A stretch of DNA of 64,000 nucleotides from Acidobacteriota bacterium (GTDB lineage: Bacteria > Acidobacteriota > Blastocatellia > Pyrinomonadales > Pyrinomonadaceae): the NCBI GenBank assembly GCA_040756215.1, contig JBFLZQ010000007.1, forward strand, positions 62,336 through 126,335, read 5' to 3'. Position numbers and translations under genes: made by a program. The notes under the pieces were generated by a model. That model had not been told where the DNA came from. It made no database searches and was given only the letters and a program-made list of their open reading frames with translations. Positions 1-7,203 of the stretch are shown here, piece after piece. Numbering within the stretch: the stretch's first letter is position 1; every line of letters starts with the position of its first letter.

Positions 1-299
1 ATGTTTTTCCACCGTCGGCACCAACTTCTATAACAATCGCCGCTTCTCCAAACGCGATTTCCCTGTTTTTCCCAGTAAACCCGGAAAATGACGTTGTCGG
101 TTATCTTGTATTTCGCTCAAACGACAGCTCCATTCCCATGGAGAAATGGCAGGTACTTACCGCTAAACCTATAAACGTCAATACTTATAAAGATGAAGCG
201 GTCGAACCGGGAAAAACTTATTTCTACTATGTTAAAGCAGTCGATAAGTATGGAAATGTCAGCAGCCCGAGCCAAATAGTCAGCGAAAAACTCCCCTGA
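1..299 (+). CDS. C-terminal fragment of a fibronectin type III-like domain protein (5' end outside window)
   Basis: Frame 3 is open from the window edge to TGA at 297-299. The tail ...NDVVGYLVFRSND...EPGKTYFYYVKAVDKYGNVSSPS is a typical FN3 pattern. Absent from the ORF track because no start lies in the window. Confidence 0.6.
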   Translation, partial: VFPPSAPTSITIAASPNAISLFFPVNPENDVVGYLVFRSNDSSIPMEKWQVLTAKPINVNTYKDEAVEPGKTYFYYVKAVDKYGNVSSPSQIVSEKLP

Positions 300-451
300 G
301 GTAATGCCGGAGTGTTAAATCATTACTTTGAGTTTCAGGTGTAAATAATTACAAACAAAGCAAATACGGTAGCAATACCGAAACTTTGCGATTAATTTCG
401 ATCTTTCTCTTATTGTTTACAATGCAAACGAGAAGTTCTATTAGCGTCATC

Positions 452-488
452 AAAATAGAAAAGGCCTGCTGCGTGTAGGCAGCAAGCC
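452..488 (-). terminator. Rho-independent terminator
   Basis: Minus-strand RNA forms a 10-bp stem GGCUUGCUGC/GCAGCAGGCC (488-479 with 472-463) with a 6-nt loop, followed by UUUUCUAUUUU. The single G-U pair forms only in the minus-strand transcript. Confidence 0.6.
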
Positions 489-671
489 CAATCATCGTTA
501 CTCTAACTACCCAAAGAGCTGTCCAGAGCCTTGCGCCGACTGGTCACTCACGAGCGTCCCTGAAGGCCGAAACCCCTAATGCTACTTTCCGGGCCGGATT
601 TTGCAAAGGGCGACCAACAGGCCGGAAGCACAACATTTCAAAATACTTCCCTTTTACAGAACGCGTTCAGT
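453..671 (-). ncRNA. Candidate small RNA of about 220 nt, family unknown
   Basis: Bounded by a near-consensus sigma70 promoter and an intrinsic terminator on the minus strand. No ORF of 60 aa or more in that orientation; only a 30-codon ORF (636..544) with no Shine-Dalgarno. The ends can form an imperfect long helix by eye. Confidence 0.35.
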
Positions 672-677
672 AAGGAC

Positions 678-706
678 ATTATCTACCTGAAGCATCATCT
701 TGTCAA
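678..706 (-). promoter_or_regulatory. Sigma70-type promoter TTGACA-N17-GATAAT
   Basis: Minus strand reads TTGACA (706-701), a 17-nt spacer, then GATAAT (683-678). Confidence 0.5.
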
Positions 707-816
707 CACTTTTTTTCAGCACTCATTATCCGGGACTGCCAAATAAGGGGGAACGCTTGCCGTTTCTCCGGCAGCAAGTTTATTCTGGTAATCAACGGAC
801 TCTGACCTATTGAAAT

Positions 817-1455
817 ATGAAAATTCTTTTACCGCGTAACTACAGACCGGGGAAAATTGTCTGTGTCGGCCGTAATTACGCCGAACACGCAGCCGAATTA
901 GGCAACGAAGTACCGGCGGAGCCACTGCTTTTCCTAAAAGCCCCGTCGGCAATTTGTTTTGACGGTGACCCGATTCTCCTTCCTGACCAATCAGAGCAGG
1001 TCGAACATGAAGCAGAACTTGGCGTGATTATTTCACGTCGTTGCAAAAATATTCCCGACACCGCAGATCCTTTTCAATTTGTCCATGGCTATGTTTGCCT
1101 CAATGATGTAACCGCCCGTGATCTTCAGAGGCGCGACGGCCAGTTTGCCCGTGCAAAGTCTTTTGACACTTTTTGCCCGATCGGACCTGTGGTCGCCACA
1201 GAAATAGATCCCGGCAATCTTGATATTACCTGTCGCGTCAATGGCGAAATCAAACAATCTGCCAATACCTGCCGGATGATATTTCCTTTAGATTATTTGA
1301 TTCGTTATATCTCAATGCAAATGACTCTAGAACCCGGAGATTTGATAGCAACCGGAACTCCTTCAGGAGTATCAACACTCAAAGCCGGCGACATCTGCAG
1401 CATAGAAATTGCCGGAATCGGCACGCTTGTCAATCCCGTACAACGTTCCGGTTAA
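817..1455 (+). CDS. Fumarylacetoacetate hydrolase (FAH) family protein
   Basis: 212-aa ORF with VGRNYAEHAAELG and GDLIATGTPSGV motifs typical of FAH/HpcE-like enzymes. Confidence 0.9.
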   Translation: MKILLPRNYRPGKIVCVGRNYAEHAAELGNEVPAEPLLFLKAPSAICFDGDPILLPDQSEQVEHEAELGVIISRRCKNIPDTADPFQFVHGYVCLNDVTARDLQRRDGQFARAKSFDTFCPIGPVVATEIDPGNLDITCRVNGEIKQSANTCRMIFPLDYLIRYISMQMTLEPGDLIATGTPSGVSTLKAGDICSIEIAGIGTLVNPVQRSG

Positions 1456-1549
1456 TTTAGCTACTTTAAGTATTTGGCATCTTTTGATGGTGTCGGAGTA
1501 ATGGTTTACTATTGAAATATCCTGAGACTTGAACAAAAGGAATAAAACA

Positions 1550-2200
1550 ATGAAATTCTTCATCGATACCGCAAATCTGGATGAAATACGCCAGGCAAAC
1601 GAAATCGGACTGATTGACGGTGTGACAACGAATCCATCCCTCGTGGCAAAAGAAGGCAACGTGGATTTCAAGGAGCACATTGCCAAAATTTGTTCGATCG
1701 TAAAAGGCGATGTTTCCGCCGAAGTAACAGCTCTCGATACCGAGGGAATGCTCAAGCAAGGCCGCGAATTAGCCGCCATTGCACCGAATGTTGTAGTCAA
1801 ATGCCCTTTGACCATAGACGGTCTTAAAGCAACGAGAATTTTCGCCTCTGAAGGCATAAAGGTAAACGTTACGCTCTGCTTTTCCCCCGCCCAGGCGATT
1901 CTGGCCGCAAAGGCAGGAGCGGCATATATCTCACCTTTTATCGGACGCCTGGACGATATTGCAACAAACGGAATGCAGTTGATCAGCGATATAGTGCAGA
2001 TTTATGACAATTATGCTTTTGAGACTGAGGTGCTGGCAGCTTCCATCCGGCATCCGATGCATATAGTAGATTGCGCTCTCGCCGGAGCGGATGTAGCGAC
2101 AATACCATTCAAAGTAATTAAACAGCTTGTAAATCATCCACTTACGGACAAAGGTCTGGAAGCTTTCCTTGCAGACTGGAAAAAAAGCGGCCGTGAATGA
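1550..2200 (+). CDS. tal: Short-type transaldolase / fructose-6-phosphate aldolase
   Basis: [13 protein letters not shown]...GVTTNPSL N-terminus and a length of about 217 aa. ATG 1550 follows AAGGA and is preferred over the in-frame ATG at 1529. Confidence 0.92.
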   Translation: MKFFIDTANLDEIRQANEIGLIDGVTTNPSLVAKEGNVDFKEHIAKICSIVKGDVSAEVTALDTEGMLKQGRELAAIAPNVVVKCPLTIDGLKATRIFASEGIKVNVTLCFSPAQAILAAKAGAAYISPFIGRLDDIATNGMQLISDIVQIYDNYAFETEVLAASIRHPMHIVDCALAGADVATIPFKVIKQLVNHPLTDKGLEAFLADWKKSGRE

Positions 2201-2275
2201 ATCGGTTGTTTTTTCAAATTCAGGCAATATTCTGCAGTGCTTAACAGGGTAAAAATACCTGAAATATCAGCAGTT

Positions 2276-2653
2276 TTATGAAACGATTGCCTTAAATTCC
2301 GCAAATGAATGGGCTGCACGGGTTGAATCATCCAGCGCGGCCTTAAATTTTTCCATAAATTCGCCTCTTTCCAATTCAAAATCCGCAATCGCTCGAAGAC
2401 TGGCCATCAAACCGGAAATCGCTTTAGTCTCAGGAGTGTCTTTCTGTGCGAGCAGCTCATCAATTTCAACCAGCAATCCCGAAAAACGCCTAAGCCATTG
2501 AAACTGCGAATCATTAAGCAATAAAAGCAAAAATTCAGCATTTGAAAGAGGACCGTTCACGATCTCATAAGAGGTACGCGCATGGTCCACCAGCTCCTTA
2601 TGTAGGCGAAGCAGAGCATTGCGCCCCGCTTTAAGAGATTCTCGGTTTGTCAT
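2276..2653 (-). CDS. Hypothetical protein
   Basis: 125-aa ORF with no recognisable motif. Divergent from the MarR gene. Confidence 0.55.
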   Translation of the reverse strand: MTNRESLKAGRNALLRLHKELVDHARTSYEIVNGPLSNAEFLLLLLNDSQFQWLRRFSGLLVEIDELLAQKDTPETKAISGLMASLRAIADFELERGEFMEKFKAALDDSTRAAHSFAEFKAIVS

Positions 2654-2697
2654 ATGTTTAAGTATAACACTTTGATTCGCCGGCTTGCCTTTTATTT

Positions 2698-2733
2698 TTA
2701 GCCGGCTATGATTTCTTAATTAGCCGGCTAATT
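2698..2733. promoter_or_regulatory. Two copies of a TTAGCCGGCTA(A) palindrome, probable MarR operator sites
   Basis: TTAGCCGGCTA at 2698-2708 and the perfect 16-bp palindrome AATTAGCCGGCTAATT at 2718-2733. Both lie in the divergent intergenic region upstream of the MarR gene. Confidence 0.4.
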
Positions 2734-2820
2734 AATTTTGCTTTGCCGCCTAATAGAAAATGATTCGCCTGCTAAGGCATTTCGATTAGCATCGCCCTAA
2801 GCAGTCCGGAATTAAGCGCT

Positions 2821-3246
2821 ATGGAACTACGTAAATCGGTCAGCTATCTGCTTTCAAGGCTAACAATCGCCCATCGAAACCTTCTTGAAAAAACCCTTGC
2901 CGAAATCGGACTGCACTCCGGCCAGGCATCCATTCTTATCGAACTGTGGCAAAAAGACGGTCAAAGACAGGTGGATATCGCAGAAAAACTAAACCTTGCC
3001 CCGCCCACGGTAAATAAAATAATTAACGGGATGATTGAATCCGAACTGGTTACAAGACGAAAAACCGAAGGAGACGCACGCTCTACGCGGATATATCTAA
3101 CTAAAACAGGCAAAAATCTGGAACCGCAGGTAAAATTAAAGTGGGAAGAAATCGAAGAACAAACACTGATGGGTTTAACAAAAACTGAGGGATTAATCCT
3201 AAGACAATTACTTGCAAAACTGCTTGGAGAAGAAGAGTTTGACTAA
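2821..3246 (+). CDS. MarR family transcriptional regulator
   Basis: 141 aa with the winged-helix pattern GQASILIELWQKDGQRQVDIAEKLNLAPPTVNKIINGMIESELVTRRK..DAR. Confidence 0.9.
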   Translation: MELRKSVSYLLSRLTIAHRNLLEKTLAEIGLHSGQASILIELWQKDGQRQVDIAEKLNLAPPTVNKIINGMIESELVTRRKTEGDARSTRIYLTKTGKNLEPQVKLKWEEIEEQTLMGLTKTEGLILRQLLAKLLGEEEFD

Positions 3247-3356
3247 ACCTCACGGCTACAATTTTTTTTGAATCAGTACATTTAAGGTGTAAAATCAACT
3301 AAAAATCATCTAATTCCTTATCGCACCTCGCCTTCCGGGCGACTACTCCTAATGCT

Positions 3357-3815
3357 ATGAAAATACTAATTGCTACAGATGGTGCCAGACAGAGTGAAGC
3401 CGCCATTGAAATGCTTAAACGATTTCGACTGGAACCTACGGACCAAATCAAGATCGTGAGCGTGGTGGATATGGCTGTACCGATGGCCGTAGATATTTAT
3501 GGCGGATATATGCCAAACACGGCCGAAATTGAGCAATCTGCCCGTGAAAACGCCGAGAGGATATTATCGGACGCGGCCTCGGCAATACGAAAACATTACG
3601 ACACAACGGAACTCCATATAATTACCGAAGTGCTTTTCGGATCTCCGGAAAGCCGTATTGTAGAAGCCGCAAGAGACTTCAAAGCCGACCTTGTAGTCGT
3701 TGGGTCACACGGGTACAGCACCTGGGAGCGTCTTCTGCTTGGTTCAGTCTCAGACGCTGTAGTTCATCACGTGCCCTGTTCCGTGCTGGTGGTGCGTATT
3801 TGCGAAGATGCATAA
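3357..3815 (+). CDS. Universal stress protein (UspA family)
   Basis: 152 aa. MKILIATDG start and the C-terminal VVGSHGYS...LGSVSDAVVHHVPCSVLVV ATP-binding pattern. Confidence 0.9.
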   Translation: MKILIATDGARQSEAAIEMLKRFRLEPTDQIKIVSVVDMAVPMAVDIYGGYMPNTAEIEQSARENAERILSDAASAIRKHYDTTELHIITEVLFGSPESRIVEAARDFKADLVVVGSHGYSTWERLLLGSVSDAVVHHVPCSVLVVRICEDA

Positions 3816-4364
3816 GTGACTCCAAATCAAAAAATTACGATTATTTCCCAAAGGTTTGATCTTAAGTTTCTTAAAAAATGGGATTGCAATTTACTTTTAA
3901 TTAAACCGCCACAGTTACTGTGTTACGGTATATTTTCTACAGCCGTTTTACATAAACAACTGGGTGAGATTTCCCGTGGAACAGTCTCGCTGGAATCATT
4001 CTGGACCGATCGCTATTACAATCTTTTCGCTTTCTTTGACCCTGATTTTAAATTTAGAAACCTATATTTCAATATCTGCCTTCCGCCGGTAATTCAAGGC
4101 GATTCAATAGTTTATTCAGATCTGGATATAGACGTCGCTGTTTGGCCTGATGGCTCAATTGATGTTTTGGATGAAGACGATTTTGAATCAAATGCCCGGA
4201 CTCTGAGGTATCCCGAGCAGTTAAAGTCAAAAGTCAGGGAAACGCTTTCTGAAATCCTTGAATTAGCGGAAAATCATTCGCCGTACGAGATTTTCAATTC
4301 AGTTTTTCGAGAATGCTGCCTTTATAACCCCTTGCTAGCCGGCTTTAAATTTGAATTTAAGTAA
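3816..4364 (+). CDS. DUF402-like protein (FomD/nucleoside diphosphatase-like fold)
   Basis: 182-aa ORF with no internal Met. GTG start directly after the usp stop codon. YSDLDIDVAVWPDGSIDVLDEDDFE resembles the DUF402 acidic motif. Confidence 0.6.
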   Translation: MTPNQKITIISQRFDLKFLKKWDCNLLLIKPPQLLCYGIFSTAVLHKQLGEISRGTVSLESFWTDRYYNLFAFFDPDFKFRNLYFNICLPPVIQGDSIVYSDLDIDVAVWPDGSIDVLDEDDFESNARTLRYPEQLKSKVRETLSEILELAENHSPYEIFNSVFRECCLYNPLLAGFKFEFK

Positions 4365-4445
4365 CTCTTCTAATCACAATAAGTTAGAGCCTGCTTTTTA
4401 ATCTCAATTATAAAGTGTAGCGGCGCCAACCTTTGATATTTCACT

Positions 4446-5453
4446 TTAATTTCCGTTTAACCTTGGTTGTATTCGTATCAAATAGCGCCCGATTGTAACG
4501 GCTGTACCCGGCAAAAGCTGCACCCGCTTTCCTATTGGTAATTCACTCGTGCCTATCATTGCCGGATTTTTTCCTTCATTGATAATCCAAAAAATGCCGT
4601 TTGGATCTCTTACCAATGTTACGTGTCGTCTGCTGATTTCGGGATCTCCCGGCAATTTGATATCCACCGGCTTTGATTTTGAACCTCTTCCAATCGAAAT
4701 TTCCGCATTGTAGATAGGCACTACGTTTTGTCTGACTCCGCCTTGCCAGATCTCCAGCCTGTAAAGCTCAATCGCACGGGGTCTTACGGTCGTGGCAATC
4801 TCATCGTCATCTGATTTTATAAATGGCTTGACCTGCTCCGGTTGTTTTGAAGTCGTAAAAGCTCCGGTTTGATCTTGTTCCTTTACAGAAAGAAAATCAG
4901 GTGCCGGCAATGGACTTCCCTGTGTAGTCGTTTGATTTGGCAAAATTGATTGTGGTAGTGATTTATCAGCCTCTTCTTTCGATTTGCCTTCTGAATTCGG
5001 TGTGCTTTTACGTGCCAGAATCCCGGTTTTGCTTCCGGTTGAATCTTCCCAGCTATGTTGAACCCGGACAGATCCTTGCCCGAGCGTACCATCAATTCGT
5101 AACTCCAGGACAAATGATTTTGTTTCGAGCTTACGTTTACCGGCAATTTCGCGTGCCCGCTCGGACAAAATATGATATAGCCCTTGTTCGAGCCCGCGGC
5201 GTTTAATTCCCTGCCATTGCCGGTCATCCTCTTCACTTAAAAATATTATGTACTCGCAAGGTATTATCGCGGTCCCCTGCGGTAGAGGTACCATCTCGCG
5301 CTGCATGACGGTCTCAATCTCGCGTGCGATTTTTACTATAAAAGATTCCGCTTCGCTGCGCGGTTTTACCTGTGCGTCCCTGGCCGCTTGCTCCAGAACC
5401 GTTTCTGCCGTGTCTCCATCTATCCAACGCCTTACTTTTTCTAAAACGCTCAC
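4446..5453 (-). CDS. FhaA-like protein (FhaA N-terminal domain, S/T/P/Q linker, C-terminal FHA)
   Basis: N-terminal pattern IIPCEYIIFLSEEDD, a low-complexity linker, and C-terminal FHA signature ISIGRGS...ISRRHVTL. Confidence 0.85.
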   Translation of the reverse strand: MSVLEKVRRWIDGDTAETVLEQAARDAQVKPRSEAESFIVKIAREIETVMQREMVPLPQGTAIIPCEYIIFLSEEDDRQWQGIKRRGLEQGLYHILSERAREIAGKRKLETKSFVLELRIDGTLGQGSVRVQHSWEDSTGSKTGILARKSTPNSEGKSKEEADKSLPQSILPNQTTTQGSPLPAPDFLSVKEQDQTGAFTTSKQPEQVKPFIKSDDDEIATTVRPRAIELYRLEIWQGGVRQNVVPIYNAEISIGRGSKSKPVDIKLPGDPEISRRHVTLVRDPNGIFWIINEGKNPAMIGTSELPIGKRVQLLPGTAVTIGRYLIRIQPRLNGN

Positions 5454-5493
5454 CTTTTATCACCTCTCCGCAACGCTTATCTATCCCGAAAGA

Positions 5494-7020
5494 TCAATCC
5501 AGGTCAACATATTTTGAATAAAGCCATCCGCGGTTTGATGTATTTTGTGTAGTCTGACGGCCTTGTTCAAGAATTTCAACCTGATACCAGTTATTTTGGG
5601 TACGCAGAATGCGCAACCGGGAATTTTTTGTTACAAGCCCGATAGGATTGTTGTCAATTCCGGGCTCGGGCCGCAGATTGATGTCAGTATTGGCTCTGCC
5701 TGTCTGCCCGTAGATAACCGACAAAACAGTTGCGTTCAAATTCAAGCCACGAAGATAGACCGCTGTACCGTAAAGTGCTGAGGCAAACAGCAGAATGCCG
5801 GCCGCGACGACCACCATTTTCGGAAAGATACCCCGCCCTTTTGACTTTTGCTTATGCGGCGGCACAACCTTATTTTGGCCGTTGTTCGATAGCTGATGTC
5901 CGGCGTGGTTATTATCAGACGCGGCCGCCGGGCCGGTTTGTTTTATCTCCGGATTTGCCGACCGGATGCCGTCTATCTTGAGAGGTGAATTTGCAGGCAC
6001 AAAGACAGTTTGCAACTTCAGATCACGCGATGTGTCAAATTTTGCCCGCTGCGGCAAAAGCGGTGAATAACCCTTTGAAATATAGGGCTGCGGCGTCATA
6101 TGAAATACCGGCCGAACTGCAGTTTTTGTATCGAAATCAGCGGCAATCTTTCTTAACTCTGTTAGATCAGCCCAAAAATCATCTATCGTGTCATATCGAG
6201 CTTTAGGATCCTCCTGCGTCGCCTTTAACAGGATTCTTTTCAATTCCTCAGCCCATTCTTCACGACGGAATTTTACGGGTAATTCGGTTATCGGCCCGCC
6301 GGTAAAATATCTCGGGGATTCACCTGTAACTAATGTATAAAAAGATTTTGCAAGCGAGTAGATATCAGAGGCGGGAGACAGCCTGTGCCGCTCTGCGGAA
6401 TAGGAAGCAGCCGGACTTAAAGGGCTGTGTTCGGGCGGTGCGTAAACATTTGTCCCGACCCTTGTTATCGGATCATCACCAAGATTAAGCCTTGCAACTC
6501 CGAAATCCGCTATCTTTACAACAGTTTGGGATTTATCGAGAAGCAGATTTTGCGGCTTGATGTCACGATGAATAATTCCCTGCCTGTGAGCATGCCGGAG
6601 CCCTGCACAGACTTGTTCGAGATAACCGAGCGCTTCATTGAGCGAAAGCTGGCGGTTGCGTGAAAGGCGTTGTAAATCTCCGCCTTCCATATACTCCAAA
6701 ACAAGATAATGGAATATCGTCCCGGAAAGGTCGCGTGCGGTTCCGTGTCCGAGCCGGCTTATGACGTTTGGATGTCGTACGCGATCAAGTGCAACTGCCT
6801 CATTCTGAAAATTCTCTACAAGCGTACGCTCCAGATCCTTATCAGGATCATCCTGCAAGAAGACGTTCAGAGCCTTGATTACAACTATGCTGTGCGGCGT
6901 ATGCGGAGCGGCAAGAATATCTCTTGCCTTGAAAATTTCAGCATAGCTGCCGCGTCCCAGCCGTTCCAGAACGTCATATCTCCTATCTATCCTGCAATTG
7001 TGTAAAGAAAGCTCGCGCAT
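5494..7020 (-). CDS. Ser/Thr protein kinase with one TM segment and an extracytoplasmic SH3b-like domain
   Basis: GRGSYAEIFKA, HRDIKPQNLLL and DFGVAR motifs. TM segment MVVVAAGILLFASALYGTAVYL. C-terminal ...LRILRTQNNWYQVE...GWLYSKYV is SH3b-like. Confidence 0.93.
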   Translation of the reverse strand: MRELSLHNCRIDRRYDVLERLGRGSYAEIFKARDILAAPHTPHSIVVIKALNVFLQDDPDKDLERTLVENFQNEAVALDRVRHPNVISRLGHGTARDLSGTIFHYLVLEYMEGGDLQRLSRNRQLSLNEALGYLEQVCAGLRHAHRQGIIHRDIKPQNLLLDKSQTVVKIADFGVARLNLGDDPITRVGTNVYAPPEHSPLSPAASYSAERHRLSPASDIYSLAKSFYTLVTGESPRYFTGGPITELPVKFRREEWAEELKRILLKATQEDPKARYDTIDDFWADLTELRKIAADFDTKTAVRPVFHMTPQPYISKGYSPLLPQRAKFDTSRDLKLQTVFVPANSPLKIDGIRSANPEIKQTGPAAASDNNHAGHQLSNNGQNKVVPPHKQKSKGRGIFPKMVVVAAGILLFASALYGTAVYLRGLNLNATVLSVIYGQTGRANTDINLRPEPGIDNNPIGLVTKNSRLRILRTQNNWYQVEILEQGRQTTQNTSNRGWLYSKYVDLD

Positions 7021-7126
7021 CGCCTGTCGCGGCCTGTCGCGGCCGGTTTCTCCAATATACGATTATTATAGACCAAAGTTCGGTAATCGGCGCGGTTGAT
7101 ATTGTTGCAAGGGCGTGAAGGTACGG

Positions 7127-7165
7127 TAAAAACCCGTTGCCGGACAGAAATGTCAGCAACGGGTA
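7127..7165 (-). terminator. Rho-independent terminator of the minor-pilin operon
   Basis: Minus-strand stem ACCCGUUGC/GCAACGGGU (7165-7157 with 7140-7132) followed by UUUUU (7131-7127), about 40 nt after the 7204 stop. Confidence 0.6.
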
Positions 7166-7203
7166 ATCTGAAATATATAACCGGATAATCCGGCTTTCGG
7201 ATA

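Noticed and set aside
453-671. Tested whether the candidate sRNA is tmRNA, RNase P RNA or SRP RNA
   Set aside because: There is no tRNA-like 3' end and no GGGG...GATTCGAC 5' end. The tag-like reading frame (ANEKFY) is on the wrong strand and atypical. The GAGGAAAGTCCGGGC and ACAGAACCCGGCTTA RNase P boxes are absent. CCCGGAAAGUAGCA only superficially resembles the SRP GGAA tetraloop region and its closing pairs do not form. The family is left unassigned.
7022-7041. Tandem 10-bp direct repeat GCCTGTCGCG x2 abutting the kinase start codon
   Set aside because: It has only two copies and a very small size, with no obvious function. It is most simply a local duplication in the 5' UTR and is noted only as a curiosity.
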